Shown here in pieces: positions 14,235 to 22,368 of a stretch of DNA of 41,862 nt. The position numbers and the translations under genes were made by a program. The DNA lies in the IMG/VR virus record IMGVR_UViG_3300045988_057496. One strand, 5' to 3'. Position 1 is the stretch's first letter; every line of letters starts with the position of its first letter. The notes under the pieces were generated by a model. It was given only the letters and a program-made list of their open reading frames with translations, searched no databases and was not told where the DNA came from. Origin of the DNA: a virus.

Positions 14235-14370
14235 GCCGCCATAGCTCAATTGGCAGAGCGCCGCCCATTTAAGGCGGGACAACGTTGGTGACACCACGGG
14301 AACATCACTGCACAGCCAACCACTGCGCACATCCATTCCGTGGGTGCTGGTTCAAATCCAGCTGGCGGCT
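14235..14370 (+). tRNA. tRNA-like gene with a 68-nt insertion at the variable-loop position; anticodon loop CATTTAA (UUU, Lys-type, with A at position 33)
   Basis: The acceptor is a perfect 7 bp (GCCGCCA/TGGCGGC). D arm GCTC-aattggca-GAGC, anticodon arm CCGCC-catttaa-GGCGG, T arm GCTGG-TTCAAAT-CCAGC. Positions 14278-14345 sit between the anticodon and T stems and can form a CCACGG/CCGTGG-closed arm. Confidence 0.5.
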
Positions 14371-14382
14371 AGCGTGATTTTA

Positions 14383-14405
14383 GAGTGTCCACTGTGGACA
14401 CTTTT
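14383..14405 (+). terminator. Intrinsic terminator after the tRNA-like gene
   Basis: AGTGTCCACtGTGGACACT followed by TTTT. Confidence 0.6.
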
Positions 14406-14422
14406 GGAGAGGAGGCATACAA

Positions 14423-14650
14423 ATGTTTGAGCGCTTGAAAGAACTGATTTGCGACATGGCAAAGTTTTTGACGCGTCTCGGCGCTGGCCTTATCCTCTCG
14501 GCCTTACCGATCAGCAACAAAGAAAGCCACTTTGTGCGCTATGCGCGACGTTTCGGTTTCCGCGCAGACCACACAAAACGCGAGCCTCGGGCAGAGATCG
14601 GAGGCCGTGGCTGTATCCAAGGAGCACGGCCTGCTATCCGTGCGGATTAA
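14423..14650 (+). CDS. Small ORF (75 aa) with a strong SD inside the RNA block; may instead be non-coding
   Basis: GGAGAGGAGG lies 7 nt before the ATG. The N-terminal half is amphipathic/hydrophobic (MFERLKELICDMAKFLTRLGAGLILSALPI). The 3' half is GC-rich with hairpins and reads like non-coding sequence. Confidence 0.3.
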   Translation: MFERLKELICDMAKFLTRLGAGLILSALPISNKESHFVRYARRFGFRADHTKREPRAEIGGRGCIQGARPAIRAD

Positions 14651-14677
14651 CCGCTGCTGATACAATACAATTAAAAA

Positions 14678-14724
14678 CCAGCTTTTTGCATGATGAGCTC
14701 CATGCAGCAAAGCTGGCTTTTCTT
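14678..14724 (+). terminator. Intrinsic terminator
   Basis: CCAGCTTTttGCATG...CATGCagcAAAGCTGG followed by CTTTTCTT. Confidence 0.55.
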
Positions 14725-14726
14725 AT

Positions 14727-14800
14727 GCTGCTTTAGCTCAGTCGGCCAGAGCATCCGGCTCATAACCGGACGTGTGCAGGTTCGAGCCCTGCAAGCGGCA
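14727..14800 (+). tRNA. trnM: tRNA-Met (anticodon CAT; elongator Met or Ile2-type cannot be distinguished)
   Basis: Acceptor GCTGCTT/AAGCGGC (one G-U). D arm GCTC-agtcggcca-GAGC, anticodon arm TCCGG-CTCATAA-CCGGA, T arm GCAGG-TTCGAGC-CCTGC. Confidence 0.85.
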
Positions 14801-14870
14801 TATTCGATATTTTGACCGTTCGGATTTCCGGGCGGTTTTTCTTTTGCGTGAGTTTAGAGAGGTGGTGGCG

Positions 14871-15338
14871 GTGAGCGCGAAGCGGCTGACGGACAGGCAA
14901 AAAAAGAAGATCATTGCTGACTATGTGCAGCTTCAGAGCTACGCCAGAACCGCCAAACTGAACGACGTAGCAGAAAGCACCGTGCGGAAAATCGTGAAAG
15001 ATAATCCCAAGTGTGCGGATTTGTGCGCCTTAAAAAAAGAGCAGAACACGCAGGACATGCTTTCCTACTTAGGCAGCAAGCGCGGGGAAGCACAGGATCT
15101 TCTCGGGCTGTACCTTCAGGCGATGGCAGACCCTGACAAGATCGCAGAGGCGACGCTGCCGCAGCTGTCCACGGCGTTTGGAACCATCGTGGACAAGTTT
15201 GCTATGCTGGGAGACCAGAGCGGCATAGAAGCCCCGGACGATGGCCTGCTGGAAGCCCTGAGCGCTGCCGCAGACATCAGCCCGCCGGATGACGTGGAGA
15301 TGTTGCCGGAGGAAGAGGACGACAATGCGGAAAAGTAA
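14871..15338 (+). CDS. terS: Terminase small subunit
   Basis: 155 aa from GTG 14871 (SD AGAGAGGTGG). N-terminal HTH (LTDRQKKKIIADYVQLQSYARTAKLNDVAESTVRKIV) and an acidic C-terminus. It overlaps the start of terL. Confidence 0.75.
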   Translation: MSAKRLTDRQKKKIIADYVQLQSYARTAKLNDVAESTVRKIVKDNPKCADLCALKKEQNTQDMLSYLGSKRGEAQDLLGLYLQAMADPDKIAEATLPQLSTAFGTIVDKFAMLGDQSGIEAPDDGLLEALSAAADISPPDDVEMLPEEEDDNAEK

Positions 15339-16572
15339 CGGTTTTCGCTGGAAAGCCCTCAGCCAGCGGCAAAAGATGGTTCTTTGCTGGTGGACACCGC
15401 AGAGTGCATACAGCGGTTACAACGGCATCATTGCAGATGGCGCCATCCGATCGGGCAAGACCTTTGCCATGAGCTTTTCTTTCGTCCAGTGGGCCATGAC
15501 CTGCTACAGCGGGCAGCAGTTTGCCATGTGTGGCAAGACCATCGCCAGCTTCCGGCGCAACGTGATGGGCACGCTCAAGCAGCAGCTTGCAGCCCGTGGC
15601 TACAACGTCAAGGAGCACCGGGCAGAAAACTGCATGACCGTCAGCAAGAGCGGCAGAACCAACGAGTTTTACTTTTTCGGCGGCAAGGACGAGAGCAGCC
15701 AGGATCTGATCCAGGGCATCACCCTTGCCGGGGCATTCTTCGACGAGGTGGCCCTGATGCCGCAGAGCTTCGTCAATCAGGCCACAGCCCGATGCTCTGT
15801 CACCGGGTCAAAGTTCTGGTTTAACTGCAACCCGGGCAGCCCGCAGCACTGGTTTTATCTGGAATGGGTGCGCAAGTGCCGTTCCCGCAAGATGATGTAT
15901 CTCCATTTCACGATGGACGACAACCTGTCGCTTTCTGAGGACATCAAGGCCAGATACCGCAGCCAGTACAGCGGCGTTTTCTATCAGCGCTACATTCTGG
16001 GCCTGTGGACGGTGGCCGAGGGCCTTGTATATGACATGTTCGACCGCAAGAAGCACGTCGTTGATGAGCTGCCGGAGCTGTCACCAAAGAGCGCCTATGT
16101 GGCGTGCGACTTTGGCACCCAGAACGCAACGGTTTTTTTGCTATTCCAGAAGCAGGCAGATGCAGACTGCTGGATCGTCACCCGGGAGTACTACTACAGC
16201 GGCCGGGAACAGAAGCGGCAAAAAACCGTGGGCGAGTACGTCACAGACCTCAAGGCGTGGCTGAATGGTCTCAAGCCGGAGAGGATCATCGTTGACCCCT
16301 CTGCCCTGCCCCTGATTACAGAGCTGCGCAAGAACGGCTTTACTCAGACACCAGCAAACAACGACGTTCTGAGCGGCATTCTGGACGTGCAGACCATGCT
16401 GCAGACCGGGCGGCTGAAGATCTACAAAGACTGCAAGCACACGCTGGAAGAGTTCGGCGTGTACGCTTGGGATCCGGATAAAGACGACACCGTGCTAAAG
16501 GCCAATGACCACTGCATGGACGCTATCCGCTATTTCGTGCGCACAAAGCGCCTTGTGAAACTGAGGGATTGA
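15325..16572 (+). CDS. terL: Terminase large subunit (PBSX/Terminase_3-type)
   Basis: 415 aa. Walker A-like ADGAIRSGKT, plus LAGAFFDEVALMP and a C-terminal nuclease region (DPSALPLI...NDHCMDAIRY). Confidence 0.95.
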   Translation: MRKSNGFRWKALSQRQKMVLCWWTPQSAYSGYNGIIADGAIRSGKTFAMSFSFVQWAMTCYSGQQFAMCGKTIASFRRNVMGTLKQQLAARGYNVKEHRAENCMTVSKSGRTNEFYFFGGKDESSQDLIQGITLAGAFFDEVALMPQSFVNQATARCSVTGSKFWFNCNPGSPQHWFYLEWVRKCRSRKMMYLHFTMDDNLSLSEDIKARYRSQYSGVFYQRYILGLWTVAEGLVYDMFDRKKHVVDELPELSPKSAYVACDFGTQNATVFLLFQKQADADCWIVTREYYYSGREQKRQKTVGEYVTDLKAWLNGLKPERIIVDPSALPLITELRKNGFTQTPANNDVLSGILDVQTMLQTGRLKIYKDCKHTLEEFGVYAWDPDKDDTVLKANDHCMDAIRYFVRTKRLVKLRD

Positions 16573-17960
16573 TTTTGAGCACTGTATACACATTCCAGAC
16601 TTTCCAGCAGGCGCAAGCCGCCGGGGAGCAACCTGATTTCATCCGGCGATTCGTGCAGCAACACTGCGCTTCCAAGCCCTACAAGATGGCTCTGGACGCC
16701 GACCTGTACGATGCCCAGAAAAACCCGGGGGCTGAACGCTTTGCGCAGGCTTACGCTTTGATGCTGAAGCGCCTATCCAAAAACACCAAGCAAGACATCC
16801 TACACCCTGATATGGTCAAGAGCAATCTTTTCCGGAGGCTCAACAAGCAGCGGGCGACCTACTCCCTCGGCAACGGCGTGGTCTTTGCAGACGATGGCGT
16901 GGACAAGGGCAAGCTTGGGCAAAACTTTGATGAGCAGATCCAGAAGGCCGGATATTTTGCCCTGATCCACGGCGAGAGCTTTGGCTTCTGGAACAACGAC
17001 CATCTGGTGGTTTTCAAGCTGACCGAGTTTGCGCCCCTGTACGATGAAAAGACAGGCCTTTTGCAGGCCGGCGTGCGCTTCTGGCAGCTGAACCCGGACA
17101 CGGATATGCACTATATCCTGTACGAGCTGGACGGCTTTACCGAGTATACGAAAAGCCAAATCGGCAATGTGATGCAAGAGACAACGCCGAAGCAGGCATA
17201 CAAGAGCGTGACCGTCACCACACCCGGCGGCGGGCTGGAAAGCGTAGAAGGAGAAAACTACAGCGCCCTGCCCATTGTGCCGCTGTGGGGCTCCGACCTG
17301 CACCAGAGCACGCTTGTGGGCTTAAAAGCCTACATCGACAACACCGATCTGGTGATGTCCGGCTTCTGCAATGACCTGCAGGACTTTTCGCAGATCTACT
17401 GGCTGTGCGAGAACTTCAACGGCATGACCGATGACGAGCTGCAGGAGTTCCTCGTCAAGCTGAATCTGTACCACATTGCAGGCGCAGACACCAGCGAGGG
17501 CGGCAAAATCACCCCCTACACCACCGAGATCCCTGTGACGGCCCGGCAGGCTCTTTTGGAGCTGCTCCACACCCGGGTGTATGAGGACTTCGGCGGTCTG
17601 GATGTGCACTGTGTGAGTGCGGACAGCACCAACGACCATCTGGACGCGGCCTACGAACCGCTGAACCAGAACGCGGACGACTTCGAGACGCAGGTCAAGC
17701 CGTTTATCCGGCAGATCTGCGCACTGGCTGGCTTTGACAACGCTATGCCGACATTCAACCGCAGCAAGATCACCAACACCGCCGAACAGGTCGCAACGGT
17801 GATTTCTGAGGCACCGATCATCGGGCAGGACATGGCCATTGACCTGCTGCCCAACCTGACCCCGGAGCAAAAGGAGCAGGCCAAGGCCGCGCTGATGGCA
17901 GAGAGCGCAACGCGGGAGACCGTGGACGAGGAGGACGAGGAGGACAATAATGATGAGTAA
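16569..17960 (+). CDS. Portal protein (SPP1 gp6-like)
   Basis: 463 aa, directly after and overlapping terL. It has an acidic C-terminal tail. The size and position are typical. Confidence 0.85.
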   Translation: MILSTVYTFQTFQQAQAAGEQPDFIRRFVQQHCASKPYKMALDADLYDAQKNPGAERFAQAYALMLKRLSKNTKQDILHPDMVKSNLFRRLNKQRATYSLGNGVVFADDGVDKGKLGQNFDEQIQKAGYFALIHGESFGFWNNDHLVVFKLTEFAPLYDEKTGLLQAGVRFWQLNPDTDMHYILYELDGFTEYTKSQIGNVMQETTPKQAYKSVTVTTPGGGLESVEGENYSALPIVPLWGSDLHQSTLVGLKAYIDNTDLVMSGFCNDLQDFSQIYWLCENFNGMTDDELQEFLVKLNLYHIAGADTSEGGKITPYTTEIPVTARQALLELLHTRVYEDFGGLDVHCVSADSTNDHLDAAYEPLNQNADDFETQVKPFIRQICALAGFDNAMPTFNRSKITNTAEQVATVISEAPIIGQDMAIDLLPNLTPEQKEQAKAALMAESATRETVDEEDEEDNNDE

Positions 17961-18111
17961 GAATGAAGACTGCCCGCTTGTTCAGGCTTTTATTAACGCA
18001 CTGAACGCAAAATCTCAGGACGAAATTGAAAAACAGGCCGAAATTATGCATGACCTAGTGTTTCGAGACCGCTATAGCGGCAGAGACGACCATGAAACAA
18101 ACCGACCGTGA
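17950..18111 (+). CDS. Possible small ORF (53 aa) bridging portal and head-morphogenesis genes
   Basis: ATG 17950 follows GAGGAGGA. It overlaps both neighbours. No motif. Confidence 0.25.
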   Translation: MMSKNEDCPLVQAFINALNAKSQDEIEKQAEIMHDLVFRDRYSGRDDHETNRP

Positions 18112-19189
18112 CCGCATCTCTACCCGCCAGCTGAACCGCCTGCGCCGCCGGATCCTGCGGGTGTACGGAACTGCCCGCCGGGAGATGCAGGAGCAGCTTA
18201 CCGAGTTTCTGGCAAAGTACAAAGCATTGGACGAGCGCAAACGGGCGCAGCTGGATGCAGGCGAGATCACCGAGGACGATTACCGCATTTGGCTGCAAAA
18301 TCAGGTCTTTCAGTCCGATTTGATGCGCCAGAAGCTGGATGGCATCACGCAGACCTGCACCACAGCCCAGCAGACGGCCTACAAGCTGGCCCGGGACGAG
18401 CAATACAACATCTTTTCCTTTGGCGCAAACTGGGCTTTCTACGAGCTGGAACAGGCCGCAGGCGTGACGTTCGGGCTGACCCTGTACAACACCGAAGCGG
18501 TCAAGCTCTTGCTGAAAGAAAACCCCCGCATGGTACCCAACAAGCGCATCAAGAGCGAGAGCAACCGCACCTATGATGCACGGGTGTTCAACCGCTACGT
18601 CATGCAGGGCATCGTGCAGGGCAAGAGCGTACACGACATCGCCGTGCAGGCCGTGAACGGCATGGCAGACACGGAGATCCACTGGGCCATGAACAACGCC
18701 ATCACAGCCCTTACCAGCGCCCAGAACGCCGGGGCTTTGCAGCAGATGCACAACGCCCAGGCTTTGGGCATAGAGGTCAAAAAGCGCTGGAACTCCACCC
18801 ACGACTACCGCACCCGTGAGATGCACCGCTTGCTTGACCAGCAGACAGCAGAGCTTGACGAGCCATTCAAGGTCATGGGTTACGAGATTCAGCGACCTGG
18901 CGACCCGAACGCAGCGCCGGAGATGGTCTACCACTGCCGCTGTGTGCTGTCCTCTGCTCTGGGCAAGTATCCACGGCAGAACGCACGGCAAATTGACAAC
19001 GTGCCTGTGGTCGAGGACAGCGGCAAGGTGGACGAAAAAGGCAGGCCTATCATGGTGCGGGTCAAAAAAACCACCCCCGTCATGGATTACACCGAGTGGT
19101 ACAAGGCCAAGGGCGGCAAAGAGAAAGAACAGATGTGGTGGGCGGAAGAGAGAAAACGCAGAAAGGAGAGCGAAAAGCATGAAAAATAA
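18092..19189 (+). CDS. Head morphogenesis protein (SPP1 gp7 / Mu F family)
   Basis: 365 aa. STHDYRTREMHRLLDQQT...EPF...RPGDPNAAPEMVYHCRC matches the Phage_Mu_F pattern. Confidence 0.85.
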   Translation: MKQTDRDRISTRQLNRLRRRILRVYGTARREMQEQLTEFLAKYKALDERKRAQLDAGEITEDDYRIWLQNQVFQSDLMRQKLDGITQTCTTAQQTAYKLARDEQYNIFSFGANWAFYELEQAAGVTFGLTLYNTEAVKLLLKENPRMVPNKRIKSESNRTYDARVFNRYVMQGIVQGKSVHDIAVQAVNGMADTEIHWAMNNAITALTSAQNAGALQQMHNAQALGIEVKKRWNSTHDYRTREMHRLLDQQTAELDEPFKVMGYEIQRPGDPNAAPEMVYHCRCVLSSALGKYPRQNARQIDNVPVVEDSGKVDEKGRPIMVRVKKTTPVMDYTEWYKAKGGKEKEQMWWAEERKRRKESEKHEK

Positions 19190-19364
19190 GAAGTTTGGGA
19201 TTGTCGTAATCAACGATGACTTTTTCTTGAACTTTTGCCGTGATTTTAAGCCACCGTGTGGTTACATTAAGCCAAAACACGCGCGGCCTTCCTACGGAAA
19301 TGGCGCAAAGCCGCATGGAGCACACAAACGCCTTATTAGGACAATGGAAGGATTCAGAAAATGA
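19179..19364 (+). CDS. Small hypothetical protein (61 aa)
   Basis: ATG 19179 lies 9 nt after AAAGGAG. It sits in the same frame as the longer spurious track ORF 18816-19364. Confidence 0.35.
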   Translation: MKNKKFGIVVINDDFFLNFCRDFKPPCGYIKPKHARPSYGNGAKPHGAHKRLIRTMEGFRK

Positions 19365-19379
19365 AAGAAGGGATGAACT

Positions 19380-20003
19380 GTGATCTTGCCGATGGAAAAC
19401 ACCGAAAAGATGATTTTTTCGGGCGTGGGCAAGTATGGCATCCCTGAAATCAAGCCAGAAACGGACATCCGCATTGACAAGCTGGAATGGATCCCGGTCA
19501 ATTATGCGTTGACAGCCAAAGACAAGGCCACAAAAGGCGTGCATTTTTACAAGGACGATTACCAGTTTGAACGGTTTTGGAACAACCCCGATAAATACAT
19601 TCCTCTTTTGCAGCAGTTCGGCGCGGTATGTTCGCCGGATTTTTCACTTTACAGCGATATGCCGCTTGCGGTACAGCTTTTCATGCACTACAAAAAGCAC
19701 TGGCTGGCTGCATACTGGCAGGCGCACGGCATCCACGTTATTCCAACGCTCTGCTGGTGCGGTGAGCAAAGTTATGACTGGTGCTTTGATGGTGAGCCCA
19801 GAAACGCCATTGTGAGCATTTCGAGCCACGGCACACAGTCTGACCCATACGAAGCAGAATGCTTTGCCAAACACTGCCGAAAGGCGCTGGAAGTTCTGCA
19901 ACCAAGCGGTATTTTGTGGTACGGCAAGTGCCCGGCAGAATTTGACTGGAACGTAACAAAAATCAAGCCATTTCAATACGAGAGGAGGCATTACCGTGAG
20001 TAA
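19380..20003 (+). CDS. DUF4417-like protein (moron within the head module)
   Basis: 207 aa. GVHFYKDDYQFERFWNNPDKYIPLLQQFGAVCSPDFSLYSDMPLAVQLFMHYKKHWLAAYWQAHGIHVIPT fits my recollection of the DUF4417 pattern. Confidence 0.65.
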   Translation: MILPMENTEKMIFSGVGKYGIPEIKPETDIRIDKLEWIPVNYALTAKDKATKGVHFYKDDYQFERFWNNPDKYIPLLQQFGAVCSPDFSLYSDMPLAVQLFMHYKKHWLAAYWQAHGIHVIPTLCWCGEQSYDWCFDGEPRNAIVSISSHGTQSDPYEAECFAKHCRKALEVLQPSGILWYGKCPAEFDWNVTKIKPFQYERRHYRE

Positions 20004-20415
20004 ACGAGGTTCGGGCAGATCCGAGAGAGCGGGCGGCGGAAGCGCTGATGAGCACAAGTTTGAATCATTTGTAAATGGCCGCTGGATAACAGACGACAGA
20101 AAAGTTGAAGCAGAACGGCAAAGAAAGCTTGCGACTATTGTTGACAATTCGAGATATAAGAAATCACACAACGAAACCATTGACTTTGTGAAAAAGCAAG
20201 TTGGCGTTGACCTTAACAAATACAGAACTGGTGATGGTTCTGAACCTTACATGACAACATTTTGGGAAAAAGGCCCAAAAGTTGCATTTGATTTCAAAGG
20301 AATGTCTCGCGGCGACTGGGACAAGTTAATGCAGCTAACAACAAAGCCGTATGGCGTTACTTTTGAACAGGGCAATGCGTGGATTGGTTACATCTCCAGA
20401 AAGAAGAAAAAGTGA
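19996..20415 (+). CDS. Hypothetical protein (139 aa)
   Basis: The GTG start overlaps the previous stop. Basic termini; no motif. Confidence 0.5.
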   Translation: MSKRGSGRSERAGGGSADEHKFESFVNGRWITDDRKVEAERQRKLATIVDNSRYKKSHNETIDFVKKQVGVDLNKYRTGDGSEPYMTTFWEKGPKVAFDFKGMSRGDWDKLMQLTTKPYGVTFEQGNAWIGYISRKKKK

Positions 20416-20418
20416 GCC

Positions 20419-20871
20419 ATGAAATTTGAATACGACATCAAATTCACCGACAACACCCCGCAGCTGCATGAAGCTCTGGATTCATGGGCAGAACGGGTGC
20501 TGACCCTCTGGGGCATGAAAGTGCAGGACTACGCCCAGCTGCTTGTGCCCACCGGCACGGCAGACAGCACGGGCATTGAGGGCTACGTAGGCGGCGCACT
20601 CAAGCAAAGTCTGACCTTTGCCGTAGACCTTACCAAAAAGGCCGTGACTATCGGCAGCAATCTGTTTTACAGCGTGTATGTGGAGCTTGGCACGGGCATC
20701 TTTGCCGAGAAGGGCAACGGACGCAAAACGCCGTGGGTCTGGAAGGATTTTAACGGCAAGTGGCATTTTACCCGGGGCATGAAGCCACGCCCGTTCCTCC
20801 GCCCGGCGGTAGAAGATCACATTGAAGAGCTGCGGCAGATCGCGGTGGAAGAAGCAAACCGGGAAAATTAA
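20419..20871 (+). CDS. HK97 gp10-family phage protein (neck/tail-completion type)
   Basis: 150 aa. YSVYVELGTG...KPRPFLRPAVEDH matches the gp10-family signature. Confidence 0.7.
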   Translation: MKFEYDIKFTDNTPQLHEALDSWAERVLTLWGMKVQDYAQLLVPTGTADSTGIEGYVGGALKQSLTFAVDLTKKAVTIGSNLFYSVYVELGTGIFAEKGNGRKTPWVWKDFNGKWHFTRGMKPRPFLRPAVEDHIEELRQIAVEEANREN

Positions 20872-20879
20872 ATATATCA

Positions 20880-20908
20880 TTGACTTTTGTGTAACCAAAT
20901 GTTATAAT
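20880..20908 (+). promoter_or_regulatory. Near-consensus promoter TTGACT-17-TATAAT
   Basis: TTGACT 20880-20885, 17-nt spacer, TATAAT 20903-20908. It lies immediately after the gp10-like stop. Confidence 0.6.
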
Positions 20909-20940
20909 AATTATGGTGACACAAAAGTGAGGTGATTTAT

Positions 20941-21114
20941 ATGTCGCCTAGAACAGGACGGCCAACATCAGACCCTAAGACCCATGACACACGAATTAGA
21001 ATGTCTGACGATGAAGTTCGTATGTTGAATATCTGCTGTGAAAAAACTGGCTTAACAAAAGCCGATGTTATTCGCAAAGGCATAAAGGAGTTGTACGAAC
21101 GCCTGACAAAATAA
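20941..21114 (+). CDS. Ribbon-helix-helix (CopG/MetJ-type) DNA-binding protein
   Basis: 57 aa from ATG 20941 (SD GTGAGGTGA). GRPTSDPKTHDTRIRMSDDEVRMLNICCEKTGLTKADVIRKGIKELY is a typical RHH layout. Confidence 0.7.
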   Translation: MSPRTGRPTSDPKTHDTRIRMSDDEVRMLNICCEKTGLTKADVIRKGIKELYERLTK

Positions 21115-21115
21115 T

Positions 21116-21156
21116 AAGCTCTCGCCCGATGATTGGTAGTCGGTGGGCGAGAGCTT
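21116..21156 (+). other. 12-bp perfect-stem hairpin (AAGCTCTCGCCC / GGGCGAGAGCTT)
   Basis: The loop is 17 nt. No T-run follows, so it may be an attenuator, a processing site or a binding site rather than a terminator. Confidence 0.45.
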
Positions 21157-21240
21157 GCAAAGCACCAGAGGTTTCCCTTTGGTAAATCCATTATACCAAA
21201 CTGGGCGACCTCTTACAAGTGAATAAGAGGTATTTTAGCA

Positions 21241-21528
21241 ATGGAAACACCAAAAATCACGAAAGTGGAGCTTGAACTGGATGCTGTTTCTGGTGAACTC
21301 CGAGTAATGCACGACCTGCTGAACATCTTTGCCAACTGGTTTGAGGAAACACACAAGACCGATATGATCAAGCGGGAGCGCAACAGCGAGCTTGTGAGCC
21401 AGATTTGGAGAGAAGCCCCGATGTACAGCTCTATGCTGACGGCCTTGTTTGCATCCCTCACCGGGCTGGAAAAGGAAGTTGATGCAGTTCTTGAATCGGA
21501 GATTGCGAGGGTCAGCAATGGATGCTAA
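21241..21528 (+). CDS. Hypothetical helical protein (95 aa)
   Basis: SD AAGAGG. The stop overlaps the next gene's start. Confidence 0.55.
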   Translation: METPKITKVELELDAVSGELRVMHDLLNIFANWFEETHKTDMIKRERNSELVSQIWREAPMYSSMLTALFASLTGLEKEVDAVLESEIARVSNGC

Positions 21529-22153
21529 AAAAGATATTGAAGGGAAAAGATTTGGCAGATTAATTGCGATAGAGCTTGTTCCGGGAAATGGACGTTCCAG
21601 ATGGAAATGTGTTTGCGACTGCGGTAATACTATAGAAGCAAATCGAACCAATTTGGTATCTGGAAATACCAAAAGCTGTGGATGTTTAAGAAAGGAAACT
21701 TCACGAAAAAATGTAGAAAAGCACCCATTTACTAAAAAGCACGGGAAGCACGGAACCAAAATATATGAAACGTGGGCAAATATGCTTTCTAGGTGTAGAA
21801 ATCCTAAAATCAGATCGTATAGAGATTATGGATCCAGAGGAATCAAAGTATGTGAAGAGTGGCTTGAATTTGAAAATTTCTATAAATGGGCGTTATCATC
21901 GGGGTATAAAGAAAATTTAACGATTGACAGAATAGATGTTAATAAGGATTATTCACCAGAAAATTGCAGATGGGCAACAACAAAGCAACAGGCAAGAAAC
22001 AAAAGAACATCCGTTTTTATTACTTATAAAGGAGAGACCAAGGTATTAAAAGATTGGGCGATAGAGTATAAAATAGACAGCTCAACGCTAAAAGGAAGAA
22101 TTTCGAGAGGATGGAGAATTGAAGACGCACTAACAAAACCGGTAAAAAAGTAA
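21518..22153 (+). CDS. AT-rich DNA-binding protein with Zn-ribbon and AP2/HNH-associated-like domain (possible free-standing homing-endonuclease relative)
   Basis: 211 aa from ATG 21518. GKRFGRLIAIE...WKCVCDCGN...SGNTKSCGC and YRDYGSRGIKVCEEW...IDRIDVNKDYSPENCRWATTKQQARNKR are present. Sampled row 21901-21960 has 18/60 G+C. Confidence 0.65.
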   Translation: MDAKKDIEGKRFGRLIAIELVPGNGRSRWKCVCDCGNTIEANRTNLVSGNTKSCGCLRKETSRKNVEKHPFTKKHGKHGTKIYETWANMLSRCRNPKIRSYRDYGSRGIKVCEEWLEFENFYKWALSSGYKENLTIDRIDVNKDYSPENCRWATTKQQARNKRTSVFITYKGETKVLKDWAIEYKIDSSTLKGRISRGWRIEDALTKPVKK

Positions 22154-22164
22154 TTTTTTTTTTG

Positions 22165-22197
22165 GAAGAAGCTCACATTGTGGGCTTCTTCTTTTTA
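22165..22197 (+). terminator. Intrinsic terminator closing the AT-rich cassette
   Basis: GAAGAAGC-tcacattgtgg-GCTTCTTC followed by TTTTTAT. Confidence 0.7.
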
Positions 22198-22216
22198 TAC
22201 CCAAATTCCAATATAT

Positions 22217-22293
22217 GCCGCTTTAGCTCAGGTTGGCAGAGCACCGGACTTGTAATCCGGGGGTCGTGGGTTCAAGCCCCACAGACGGCACCA
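22217..22293 (+). tRNA. trnT: tRNA-Thr (anticodon TGT), CCA encoded
   Basis: Acceptor GCCGCTT/AGACGGC (one C-A mismatch, one G-U). D arm GCTC-aggttggca-GAGC, anticodon arm CCGGA-CTTGTAA-TCCGG, T arm GTGGG-TTCAAGC-CCCAC, discriminator A then CCA. Confidence 0.8.
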
Positions 22294-22368
22294 CGCCGGC
22301 AGCACGTCCGGCAAATAAACCTTATTGCCAAGCATGGCAGCCCGAGCATGGGCAGAAAGGACTATCAC

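Noticed and set aside
18044-19213. 389-aa minus-strand ORF
   Set aside because: It is antisense to the gp7/Mu F-like head-morphogenesis gene and is a product of high G+C.
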